DNA from: a virus
Taxonomy: Duplodnaviria > Heunggongvirae > Uroviricota > Caudoviricetes
Virus record (IMG/VR): IMGVR_UViG_3300010355_000975
DNA: 64,000 nt
Direction: 5' to 3' (one strand)
Shown: positions 27,804-36,473 of the stretch, in pieces
Layout of the letters: every line of letters begins with the position of its first letter
Position numbering within the stretch: position 1 is the first letter of the stretch
Made by a program: the position numbers and the translations under genes
The notes under the pieces: model-generated
What the model saw: the letters and a program-made list of their open reading frames with translations, nothing else
Databases searched by the model: none
Told to the model about the DNA's origin: nothing

Positions 27804-28448
27804 ATGGATAATTTGGCTAATTTTTTACAACCATTTGTTGACCTTTTTAAACCATGTGTAGAATTTATTATTTGGGCATGTCCATTAAAAATTTATAGAT
27901 TACATAATGGGCAAAGAGGTGTTATTATTACATTTGGTAAGGTACATGAATGGAGAAAACCAGAAAAAGGGCCGGGGACTTGGCTTTGTTTTATGTTTGA
28001 GGAAATGACTGTAATCCAAGCATTAGGTGGGTATATTGATTTAGTAGAGCAAGCATTAACAATAGAAGATGGATCAATTATTTTAATAAATAGTGCTGTA
28101 GAGTATGATGTGTTTTCAGTTCAAAATTCAATTTTAGAAACAGAAAATATTGAATTATTAATTTCAGGTGTTGTAATGGATGGAATTCGAGAGTATGCCA
28201 GAAAAAGAAAAAATTTAAGTGAATTATTAGATAATGAAAAAATGACACAAGAATTATTGGTAGCAATGAATAGAAAATTGAAAAAAAATGGTGTAAAAAT
28301 TCAACGTGTTATGATTACTGACTTACGCCCGCATGAAGTTATTTATGCGTGTAATAAAATTGACGAATTAGGAATGAAAATTATAAATAAAATAGCCGAA
28401 ATCCTTTCTACAAATTATGAAAATAAAAACTTACAATCGAAAAATTAA
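27804..28448 (+). CDS. hypothetical protein, possible SPFH/band-7-like fold
   Basis: 'QRGVIITFGKV...GPGTWLCFMFEE...IDL...DGSIILINSAVEYDV' loosely fits the SPFH pattern. Confidence 0.3.
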   Translation: MDNLANFLQPFVDLFKPCVEFIIWACPLKIYRLHNGQRGVIITFGKVHEWRKPEKGPGTWLCFMFEEMTVIQALGGYIDLVEQALTIEDGSIILINSAVEYDVFSVQNSILETENIELLISGVVMDGIREYARKRKNLSELLDNEKMTQELLVAMNRKLKKNGVKIQRVMITDLRPHEVIYACNKIDELGMKIINKIAEILSTNYENKNLQSKN

Positions 28449-28466
28449 TGTATTTAGGAGAAGAAA

Positions 28467-28649
28467 ATGCCACATAAACTAAAATTATTAAGAACATCCA
28501 TGATTTATCATAAAGCTATACTATTAGACATCGAAGTGTGGGAATGTCAAGTATGTAAAAAATTATTAATTATTGATGTAAAAAAGGGTTCCAGAATTAA
28601 TTTAAATGGATTAATTGGCGAAGAAATTCAGGATAGTAATTGTGAATGA
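28467..28649 (+). CDS. small hypothetical protein (CQVCKK)
   Basis: RBS AGGAGAAGAAAATG. Confidence 0.35.
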   Translation: MPHKLKLLRTSMIYHKAILLDIEVWECQVCKKLLIIDVKKGSRINLNGLIGEEIQDSNCE

Positions 28650-28893
28650 TTATAAAGAATCATTAAAAAAGTATAGCGAATTATTCACCCATTTAGAAGC
28701 GAAGGCTGATGTTTGTCAATGGTATCAAAATAATTGCCGTTTTTATAATGATGAAATAATTTATAAAAAAGAAACATATTTTTGGCAATTAATTAAGGTG
28801 GGATTGTTTTATTTAATAATTGTGCCACTTTTATTTATGTTATGGGGTTTACTTTGTTTAGGTATGAAAATTTATAATTGGAGAAACAAGTAA
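28615..28893 (+). CDS. small membrane protein
   Basis: C-terminal TM 'LFYLIIVPLLFMLWGLLCLGM'. Confidence 0.4.
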   Translation: MAKKFRIVIVNDYKESLKKYSELFTHLEAKADVCQWYQNNCRFYNDEIIYKKETYFWQLIKVGLFYLIIVPLLFMLWGLLCLGMKIYNWRNK

Positions 28894-29522
28894 TGCCAAA
28901 AATTTGGTTTGTTAGTGACCATCACTTTTATCACGATAAAATCCGCGAGTATGAAAATCGTCCATTTGAATCTGTTGAAAAGATGAATGATGAAATTATT
29001 CGCCGACATAATGAGCGAGTAAAAACGGATGATTTGGTTTATTTCTTGGGCGACTTGGGATTTCATGCTTCTAAGCAAAAAGAATTTCGTGGCGAAGGCA
29101 TGAATGAAAGTGCTTTAAAATTATTTAATAAAATGAATGGAATAAAAGTCCGGCTTCAAGGGAATCACGATAAGCATAGTAATAAAACAGCAATTCCTAC
29201 TCGTCGTATTATTTTATATCACGGCGGAATTTATATTAATTTAATTCATAATCCAGAACACACAATTATAATTGATGAGCGACATTATTACCCATTAACA
29301 ATTCATGGACATGTTCATGGAAGGTATCAGTCAAAAGAAATCAAAGATAAAAATGAAAATATTGCTTTGTGTATAAATGTTTCTTTAGAAACACATAATT
29401 ATTATCCTTATTCATTTGATGAAATCATGGGAATTTATCATAGATGGGTTAGTAATCATCCTAGAAAAAAGGATATTTATAATTGGATTCAATTATCAAA
29501 TAAAGGATGTATTAATGGATAA
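28878..29522 (+). CDS. calcineurin-like metallophosphoesterase
   Basis: 'IWFVSDHHFYHD', 'YFLGDLGFH', 'GNHD', 'HGHVHG' motifs. Confidence 0.7.
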   Translation: MEKQVMPKIWFVSDHHFYHDKIREYENRPFESVEKMNDEIIRRHNERVKTDDLVYFLGDLGFHASKQKEFRGEGMNESALKLFNKMNGIKVRLQGNHDKHSNKTAIPTRRIILYHGGIYINLIHNPEHTIIIDERHYYPLTIHGHVHGRYQSKEIKDKNENIALCINVSLETHNYYPYSFDEIMGIYHRWVSNHPRKKDIYNWIQLSNKGCING

Positions 29523-31464
29523 TAATGTAAAAAGACAAGTTAAAACATTTTTAATTCCCTATTTACGTAGTAGACTTGCTGATTTTAAAATGGTTCGAAA
29601 TAAGATAAAATGCCCTTATTTTCATAAACACGAAAATAAAAATGAAGAGCTTACTTGTCATGAATTTCCTGAAGGAAGTGGGAATTTGTATTGCTTTTCG
29701 CCAAGTTGCGGGAAATTGGGAAACGTAATTGATTTAGCAAGGCATTTTGATTTTGACGATAATCCAGATATTCCAGAAGAAGACATTGCTCAATTTTTAA
29801 TTGATGAGTTTGGTATTAAAATAAATGCTGAACAAAATAAATTATTTGATTTGTATGAAAAATTAGGATTTGACTGTGTTCCTGTTAATAGAAATGGGAA
29901 AGAATCATTTATTGAGGAAAATTGGCAAAATAAATCACATCGAAATCGACTAGAATGGGAGCAGTGGCTAAAAGCTAAAAGAAACATTGGAGTGAAGACA
30001 GGTAAGCTATCTAACATATTAATTTTGGATTTTGATTTTGTAGAATCTAAATTAAAAGAAAGAATTTATGCAGGAAATCCAACAGAAGCAATGCTGTTAG
30101 AAGCTAGAAGACAATGGGAAGAAGGTATTAAAAAATTAAGAGAGAAAGTGCCTTTCTTGGATTGGGAAACATTACAACAACAAAGTTTCGGGGGGATTCA
30201 CTTCTTCTATGTTTTTGATGAGGAAGTTCCTAAAACATGGTTTGATTATGAAGGGGTTCATATAGACATAGAAGCAGAGGGTGGACAAGTAGTAATTGAA
30301 TCTTCGGTTGTAGGCGGACAAAAAAGACAAATTATTGGGGATAAAATTAATCCCTTACCAAAAGAATTAAAGAAATTTATTTTAGAAAACTATAATAAAA
30401 AGAACGATAATTTAAAAAAAGAAGAAATAACACCAGATACAGAATTAACATTTGAAAATTTAAATAGTAATCGCAATAATACTTTTTGTGCTTTATATGG
30501 AAAACTTCGCAAAGTCATGCCAATTAAATCTGCCACTTATGCTCTTTCTTTATTTAATGGGTTATTAGATAAACAAGTGCCGCAAAAAGAATTAAGATTA
30601 ATGGCAAAAGAGGCTGAAAAATACCATAGTGTAGATATTCAAACTATTTCAGATCAAATAATTAATCATTTTAATGTAGTAAAGGATGTTTTACATGTTC
30701 GTGATTTAAAAGATATTATTATAGTTGAACGAAAAGATTTAGAAGAAGCATTGCGTTATTTACAGGATGAAAAAAAGATTTTAAAAATTAAAAAAGACAC
30801 TTATCAATTGGTGGCCGATGTTGAATGGAAAACTGATTTTTTAACACTAAATAAACCATTGGATTATAAGGTTCCTTATGTTGGGGATTATGCTATTTTT
30901 AATCGTGGGTCAATGCTTGTTTTTGGCGGAAAAACGGGTACTGGAAAAACCACGATCACAGTGAATTTTATAGAACAATTTGTTAAACAAGCCATTAAAC
31001 CAAAATTAATTACAACTGAAGCAGATAGTGGGGTTGGTGAAATTGCTTTATGCAGAGGATTAAAAGAGGGAGATTTTTTATATTATCAAACATCTGATCC
31101 ATTGGGCGTTCCATTTCAGGATGATGAAGTAAGAATTATCGACTGGCTCACGCCAAAAAACGGGGACTATACTCAAATAGGAACAATTTATCAAACTTTA
31201 AATGATAAATTAGTAGATCATGGTGGATTATTAATTGTTTTTTCTCAACTAAAAGCTAACGGTGATTTTTTTGCACCAAATTTAATTGATCAGTATGCCT
31301 CATTGTCTGGTAAATTTCTTTATCCTGAAAAAAATGGTCAATTAGATTATTTACATCCTTATTTAGAGCTTTGTAAAATGAGAAGGCCAAAAGGAAATCA
31401 AAAATACATTCAAATTCCGTTTGAGTATATTCCAGAAACCAAAGAATTAAGGATTAAGAAATGA
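29515..31464 (+). CDS. primase-helicase (CHC2 zinc finger + Prim-Pol-like DxD + P-loop NTPase)
   Basis: 'CPYFHKHENKNEELTCHEF...CFSPSCGKLG', then 'NILILDFDF', then C-terminal Walker A 'FGGKTGTGKTT'. Confidence 0.65.
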   Translation: MDNNVKRQVKTFLIPYLRSRLADFKMVRNKIKCPYFHKHENKNEELTCHEFPEGSGNLYCFSPSCGKLGNVIDLARHFDFDDNPDIPEEDIAQFLIDEFGIKINAEQNKLFDLYEKLGFDCVPVNRNGKESFIEENWQNKSHRNRLEWEQWLKAKRNIGVKTGKLSNILILDFDFVESKLKERIYAGNPTEAMLLEARRQWEEGIKKLREKVPFLDWETLQQQSFGGIHFFYVFDEEVPKTWFDYEGVHIDIEAEGGQVVIESSVVGGQKRQIIGDKINPLPKELKKFILENYNKKNDNLKKEEITPDTELTFENLNSNRNNTFCALYGKLRKVMPIKSATYALSLFNGLLDKQVPQKELRLMAKEAEKYHSVDIQTISDQIINHFNVVKDVLHVRDLKDIIIVERKDLEEALRYLQDEKKILKIKKDTYQLVADVEWKTDFLTLNKPLDYKVPYVGDYAIFNRGSMLVFGGKTGTGKTTITVNFIEQFVKQAIKPKLITTEADSGVGEIALCRGLKEGDFLYYQTSDPLGVPFQDDEVRIIDWLTPKNGDYTQIGTIYQTLNDKLVDHGGLLIVFSQLKANGDFFAPNLIDQYASLSGKFLYPEKNGQLDYLHPYLELCKMRRPKGNQKYIQIPFEYIPETKELRIKK

Positions 31465-32054
31465 AAACAATAGGTCTTGATTTATCTACCACTTGTACAG
31501 GATATGCTATTTTTGAGAATCATAAATTAATAAAATATGGTCAAATTAAACCAAAGACAACATTGACCACTAATGAAAAAATAGAATACATTGTTAAAGA
31601 ATTTGTTAAAATTTTTAAACAAGAAGATTTGACTAATAGTGAATTTATTATAGAAGATATTTTTTTGGGTCATTTTTTTGGAAAAAGTCAAGTAACAGGA
31701 TTTGCTAATTTAGGAAGAATTTCTGGCGCAATTATGGCATCGCTTTTTTTAGAATTAAATCAGATTGCCGCAAACATTACTTTAAGAATGGCAGTATCAG
31801 CTAGACCATTAGTTGGCTTAAAAGGAAATTGTCAAAAAGTTGAGGTACAAATTTGGGTGTTGGATAAATTTTTAAATAAAGATGTTTCAGAGTATCAAGG
31901 ATTAGTCGATGCGATTATTGCTAAAAAATTGGTCGGAGATATTGACCAAAAAACATTTAAAAAAAGAATGGAAGAAGTATCTAAATTAATTGAATGTGAA
32001 ACAGGATTATCAGAAGATCAGGCTGATGCAATTTTATTAGGGTATGGTGGCTAA
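31461..32054 (+). CDS. RuvC-like Holliday junction resolvase
   Basis: 'TIGLDLSTTCTGYAIFE' at the N-terminus. Confidence 0.65.
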   Translation: MKTIGLDLSTTCTGYAIFENHKLIKYGQIKPKTTLTTNEKIEYIVKEFVKIFKQEDLTNSEFIIEDIFLGHFFGKSQVTGFANLGRISGAIMASLFLELNQIAANITLRMAVSARPLVGLKGNCQKVEVQIWVLDKFLNKDVSEYQGLVDAIIAKKLVGDIDQKTFKKRMEEVSKLIECETGLSEDQADAILLGYGG

Positions 32055-32230
32055 TGAAACGTTATAAAATTGATTGTAATAAATTCTGTGCTGAAGTAGA
32101 AACAGATGATACTGGAATCATTACAAAAACCTTCCCAATGCTTATAAAATTTGTTGGCCAACCAATTGGCAATTTAACTTATTGGACTATGAAAAAATTT
32201 GATTATTGTACTTTAAAGGAGATAAAATGA
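32054..32230 (+). CDS. small hypothetical protein (58 aa)
   Basis: ATGA overlap with ruvC stop. Not in the ORF track. Confidence 0.3.
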   Translation: MKRYKIDCNKFCAEVETDDTGIITKTFPMLIKFVGQPIGNLTYWTMKKFDYCTLKEIK

Positions 32231-32541
32231 GTATTTTTAATATTATTAAACGATCATTTTATGATGTATATGAATTTGAAAAGGCACTCACTAAAGTAGC
32301 AAAACTTGGATTGTTTGTCGGAGAATGTAAACCAAAATTGCATTTGGTTCCAATAGAATTTTATCAAGATAATTATAGATTCTATTTAGATGAGTGTGAT
32401 GGTCAAGAAAAATTAAGGGAAGAATGGTTTATTAATCGTAAAATTCGCAAATCAATGTATGAATTAGATGAAATAATAAACAATTTTTTGTTCTTTGAAA
32501 CTGATCAAATTTTTAATAACAGATGGATAAAAAGGAGTTAA
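32227..32541 (+). CDS. hypothetical protein
   Basis: RBS AAGGAGATAAAATG. Confidence 0.4.
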   Translation: MSIFNIIKRSFYDVYEFEKALTKVAKLGLFVGECKPKLHLVPIEFYQDNYRFYLDECDGQEKLREEWFINRKIRKSMYELDEIINNFLFFETDQIFNNRWIKRS

Positions 32542-32542
32542 A

Positions 32543-33532
32543 ATGGCTAAGAAAGAAAAAGAAATAATTGATTCTGTTTTAGATTCTACTCTTAAAGAAC
32601 TCGAAAAAAGCTATGGAAAGGGAATTATTACTAATCTTGAAGATGATGAAAGTTTACAAATAGATAAAGTATCTTGTGGGCACATGGCATTAGATAAAGC
32701 GTTGGGCGGTGGAATTCCAAGAGGAAGAATTTTGGAATTTTATGGTGCAAACAGTTCAGGCAAATCTACATTGGCTTTATCTGTAATAAGAGAGTTTCAA
32801 TTACTTGGGGAAAATGTTGTTTATTTGGATGCAGAATACGCTTTTGATAAAGATTATGCTCAAAAAAATGGTGTAGATAATGCTAAACTTATTTTTTGTC
32901 AGCCTGAATACACTGAACAAGGATTGGATATTGTTGAAAAGTTTGTTGAAAGTGGCAATGTTGGATTAATTGTTGTTGATTCTATTGCCGCCATGTCACC
33001 AAAGGCTGAAATTGAGGGCGAGGCCGGTGATTCACATATGGGTTTACAAGCACGTTTAATGAGTCAAGCATTTCGTCGTTTAACTGGAAAAATTCATAAA
33101 TCAAATACTACCGTTATCTTTATTAATCAGACAAGAAAGAACATTGGTGTTATGTGGGGAAGTCCTATCACTACTACGTCAGGGGAAGCCTTGAAGTTTT
33201 ATAGTTCAATCAGAGTCGAATTAGCAAAAACAGGAATGAATAAAAAGGGGGACGTAGTATTAGCTACAACAGTTAGAGCAAAAATAGTTAAAAATAAAGT
33301 TGCCGCACCTTATAAGGAAGCAATGTTTGAAATCTATTTCGATTCTGGGATTTGCAAGATCACAGATTTAGTTAATGCGGCTATTGAAAAAGAAATTATT
33401 AAAAAGAGTGGTGCATGGTTTTCTTATGAAGGAAACAACATTTCTCAAGGATTAGAGAATTTGAGAGATTTATTGAAAGAGAATAAAGAATTATTTAAAA
33501 AGATTAAAAAAGAAGTATTGGAGAAAAAATAG
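32543..33532 (+). CDS. recA: RecA recombinase
   Basis: Walker A 'GANSSGKSTLAL' and 'VVDSIAAM'. Length 329 aa. Confidence 0.85.
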   Translation: MAKKEKEIIDSVLDSTLKELEKSYGKGIITNLEDDESLQIDKVSCGHMALDKALGGGIPRGRILEFYGANSSGKSTLALSVIREFQLLGENVVYLDAEYAFDKDYAQKNGVDNAKLIFCQPEYTEQGLDIVEKFVESGNVGLIVVDSIAAMSPKAEIEGEAGDSHMGLQARLMSQAFRRLTGKIHKSNTTVIFINQTRKNIGVMWGSPITTTSGEALKFYSSIRVELAKTGMNKKGDVVLATTVRAKIVKNKVAAPYKEAMFEIYFDSGICKITDLVNAAIEKEIIKKSGAWFSYEGNNISQGLENLRDLLKENKELFKKIKKEVLEKK

Positions 33533-33819
33533 TGGAAACATTTTCTTTAGGAATTCGTGAAGCTATTTATAAATATTCTCATGGATATTGTCAAATTCCG
33601 GGTTGTATTAATAAAGCCACAGAAATGCATCATATTTTGCCAAACACAAAAGGAAATCAAAAAAAATTTCCTCTTTTCTTGCAAAGTCCATTTAATGCGT
33701 TATTTTTATGTAAAAAATGCCACGAAAATTATTCTACGTTTCCTTGGCTAAAAATAACAGAAAAACAAGCAGAAGTTTATGAATCTTATTTGAAAGGATT
33801 AAAAAATGGGAAAATTTAG
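33532..33819 (+). CDS. HNH endonuclease
   Basis: 'CQIPGC...HHILP...CKKCHE'. Confidence 0.6.
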   Translation: METFSLGIREAIYKYSHGYCQIPGCINKATEMHHILPNTKGNQKKFPLFLQSPFNALFLCKKCHENYSTFPWLKITEKQAEVYESYLKGLKNGKI

Positions 33820-34141
33820 AGCTTGGATATTATGTGTTTGGTTAGCGTCAAAATGGATATTTAGAGTTACATTATGTGATAATGTTATTTATAAAGGAGA
33901 AAAATATCATTTAATTAATGGCAACATGAGCGAATCATGGACAGCACAAAAATATTTATATGGGCCAGTATATTATATTCCTAAAAAAGAAGTAAAGAAA
34001 ATTTGGTCAATTAAAGGAATGATTCAAAGTTTTAAAAGCGGATATTTCTTTTATAAAACATCTTGGTTAGATATTTGGGCTAGAAATGGAATTGAACCTT
34101 GGATGCTAGGGTGTGATATTTGGGCAAATAAAGGAGATTAA
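33806..34141 (+). CDS. hypothetical protein (Trp-rich)
   Basis: ORF. Confidence 0.4.
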   Translation: MGKFRAWILCVWLASKWIFRVTLCDNVIYKGEKYHLINGNMSESWTAQKYLYGPVYYIPKKEVKKIWSIKGMIQSFKSGYFFYKTSWLDIWARNGIEPWMLGCDIWANKGD

Positions 34142-34143
34142 AA

Positions 34144-34488
34144 ATGGCCGATTATTATGATGAAGAAGTCTTGAGAGATTATGCTGATAAAACTGTTCAA
34201 ATTGCTGAATCGTATAAAGATGCCCGAATTGCTTATGGCCAAGCATTAATTAAAATGAAGATTGAATTAATTAAAGCGTTTAAGGCAAAAGAAATTAAAG
34301 AAACATTAGCTGAAGATAAAGCATATCTTTTATTAGTTGGAAATAAACCAGAATTACAAGAAAATTTTGAAAACATGATTCTTAAAGAACAAGAGTATAA
34401 GGGGTTAGAAAAAGTACTCGGTGCAAGAACACAAAACACCAGCCAAGAGCAAAGTTTTATTAAAAATCGAATACAGAGTGGGGCATAG
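34144..34488 (+). CDS. hypothetical protein
   Basis: RBS AAAGGAGATTAAAAATG. Confidence 0.45.
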   Translation: MADYYDEEVLRDYADKTVQIAESYKDARIAYGQALIKMKIELIKAFKAKEIKETLAEDKAYLLLVGNKPELQENFENMILKEQEYKGLEKVLGARTQNTSQEQSFIKNRIQSGA

Positions 34489-34494
34489 GATTGA

Positions 34495-34550
34495 AGAGAT
34501 CGTTGAATGTAGGGACATTTCTGCTTGATTTAGAGGTATTGTAGAAGGGG
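34495..34550 (+). repeat. copy A of post-stop-codon element (AGATCGTTGAATGTAGGGACATTTCTGCTTGATTTAGAGGTATT...)
   Basis: Begins 7 nt after the TAG stop. Shares its 5' half with copy B and its 3' half with copy C. Confidence 0.5.
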
Positions 34551-34580
34551 TTGACAATAGCAGAAACATTATGTTATACT
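34551..34580 (+). promoter_or_regulatory. promoter TTGACA-N18-TATACTTTA (family member 3)
   Basis: ttgacaatagcagaaacattatgtTATACTtta. Confidence 0.55.
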
Positions 34581-34610
34581 TTAGGTAAATTAACCAAAAG
34601 GAGAAGGAAA

Positions 34611-34793
34611 ATGACGAAGGGAAGAAAACCATCACAGGAATTAAAAGAAGCAAGAGAAGTTGTTTTGAGTGGTCAATTAGAAGTGGTATTAGCTGATTTA
34701 CAAGCATCTGAAAATGCTAAGGTTAGAATTATAAAAGCAGTTAAGTTTGGATTGGGTATTAAAGATGTGTTGGTTGATACACCAGTAGAATAA
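34611..34793 (+). CDS. small hypothetical protein (60 aa)
   Basis: RBS AAAAGGAGAAGGAAAATG, 30 nt after the promoter. Confidence 0.45.
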   Translation: MTKGRKPSQELKEAREVVLSGQLEVVLADLQASENAKVRIIKAVKFGLGIKDVLVDTPVE

Positions 34794-34808
34794 AAGAAAG
34801 GAATAATA

Positions 34809-34979
34809 ATGGTTATTGATGCAGAAAAAAGAGCATTAATTCATCTTTCTTATATTCTTTATTTAAAAAGAGCAAAAAGGCATCAATCAGGTAGCGCAAT
34901 GGGTGATTGGAAAAGGGCTGAAAAAATCTTAAATTTTTGTAAAAAAAGACCAAATTTAATTGAAAAAATAATGACTTAA
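34809..34979 (+). CDS. small basic protein (56 aa)
   Basis: RBS AAAGGAATAATAATG. Hand-translated. Confidence 0.3.
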   Translation: MVIDAEKRALIHLSYILYLKRAKRHQSGSAMGDWKRAEKILNFCKKRPNLIEKIMT

Positions 34980-34983
34980 ATTT

Positions 34984-35056
34984 TGCGGGGTGGAGAATGG
35001 GTGATCTCGCTTGGTTCATACCCAAGAGATGAAGGGTTCGAATCCTTTACCCGCTA
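34984..35056 (+). tRNA. tRNA-like gene, anticodon CAU (Met or Ile2)
   Basis: D-stem gaga/tctc with GG in the loop. Anticodon stem cttgg/ccaag with loop ttCATac. T-arm aaggg-TTCGAAT-ccttt. The acceptor has 5 central G-C pairs but 1:72 (T-T) and 7:66 (G-A) are mismatched. No encoded CCA. Confidence 0.5.
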
Positions 35057-35209
35057 CTTTTGGAGAAAAAATGATTTGCTTTTTTAAATTATTTGTTAGA
35101 ATAATTTCGCTTTCTTTATTACAAGAACTAATATGCGTTTGTGAAAAAGAAGAAATGCGAAGAAAATTTATTAAAATGGCAAAAATTTTTACATAAATTG
35201 GAGAAAAAA

Positions 35210-35554
35210 ATGAACAAATTTAATATAGGGCAAAAGGTTTATTATTTAAAAAATAAAGAATCGGTTGAAGAAGTCATTATTAAATTAATAATTAATCATA
35301 ATAATTATATTTATTATATATCAGAAGAAAATATTGATTTTTTAACTCGGCCTCTTATTTATCAAATGAAGGAACTATTTAAAATTGAAGATTTAATTAA
35401 AGTTGGTAAATTAGAATCAGATTTATCCCTAGATAAAAATGCTTTAAAAAGGCAAGCATTATTGAATAAAAAAGAAAGATTATTAAAAACTAAGGAATAT
35501 TGGCAAGCACAATTAGATAGAATTAATGCTGAAATTGATGAGGAAAATAAATGA
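35210..35554 (+). CDS. hypothetical protein
   Basis: RBS TGGAGAAAAAAATG. Confidence 0.45.
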   Translation: MNKFNIGQKVYYLKNKESVEEVIIKLIINHNNYIYYISEENIDFLTRPLIYQMKELFKIEDLIKVGKLESDLSLDKNALKRQALLNKKERLLKTKEYWQAQLDRINAEIDEENK

Positions 35555-35888
35555 CAACTGAATCTTTTAAAACAGAAATTGTAAATCTTTTAAAAAAAGA
35601 AGGAAATTTTAACACCAAATGATGTTGTTTATAATCTATTGATTGAAGGTAATTTATCAAATAAAATTGATGTCAATGTTGTTAAAGCAGGTGTTAATCA
35701 TAATATTTTTATAGAAGAAAAAATTATGTCAATTCATTTTGGAAAAGAATTACTAAGAATTTTAGTAGATTATAATTTTATAGGAACACAATCTCATATT
35801 CAAAATCTTACAATTGATATGTGGAATAGTACTACGCCTAAAATAACTGTTGAAATGCTTGGAATAATTGTATAATTAAGGAGAAAAA

Positions 35889-36185
35889 ATGAATAAAATT
35901 ATTTTAGTAGGTAGATTAGTTGCAAATCCTGAATTTAAAATTAATGAATCAGGTAAACAAATTGGTAAATTAAGAATTGCTGTAGATAATGGCAAATCTA
36001 CTTTATTTATTAATGTTGTTTATTTTGATAAATTAGCAGAAATTTGTCAAAAATATTTAGCAAAGGGAAGAAAAATTTTAGTCGATGGGCGATTAGATTA
36101 TAGAGAAACAGAAGAAGGTAATTATTATTCAGTAATTGCTAATGAGATTGAGTTTTTAGATAGGCCAAAGGAAGAGGAGAAATAA
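35889..36185 (+). CDS. ssb: single-stranded DNA-binding protein (OB fold)
   Basis: 'IILVGRLVANPEFKINESGKQIGKLRIAV...LAKGRKILVDGRLDYRE'. Confidence 0.7.
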   Translation: MNKIILVGRLVANPEFKINESGKQIGKLRIAVDNGKSTLFINVVYFDKLAEICQKYLAKGRKILVDGRLDYRETEEGNYYSVIANEIEFLDRPKEEEK

Positions 36186-36186
36186 G

Positions 36187-36456
36187 TTGGAGCCTTGGAA
36201 AAAAACTTATTATTATATTAAAACTCGTTGTGATAATAAAAAAGCTACCCAATATAAAAATTATGGCGGTAGAGGGATTAAATGTTTAATCACAGTTCAA
36301 GAATTAAAAATGCTATATTTTAGAGATAAAGCATTTGCAATGAAAAAGCCATCTATTGATCGTATTAACAATGATGGGAATTACTGTTTAGAAAATTGTA
36401 GATATGTTGAACAAAGTAAAAATAGTGCTGAAAGGAATAAAAGAATATATTTTTAA
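36187..36456 (+). CDS. HNH endonuclease (TTG start)
   Basis: 'YGGRGIK...IDRINNDGNYCLENCRYVEQSKN'. Inserted between ssb and polB. Confidence 0.55.
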   Translation: MEPWKKTYYYIKTRCDNKKATQYKNYGGRGIKCLITVQELKMLYFRDKAFAMKKPSIDRINNDGNYCLENCRYVEQSKNSAERNKRIYF

Positions 36457-36473
36457 AATGAAACGAGAAGAGA

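Noticed and set aside
29416-29514. 5' extension of the primase-helicase ORF overlapping the phosphoesterase gene by ~100 nt
   Set aside because: The internal ATG at 29515 has an RBS and removes the long overlap.
35011-35196. ORF 35011..35196 (+) overlapping the tRNA-like gene
   Set aside because: It has no RBS and overlaps a structured RNA. The real downstream gene starts at 35210 with its own RBS.
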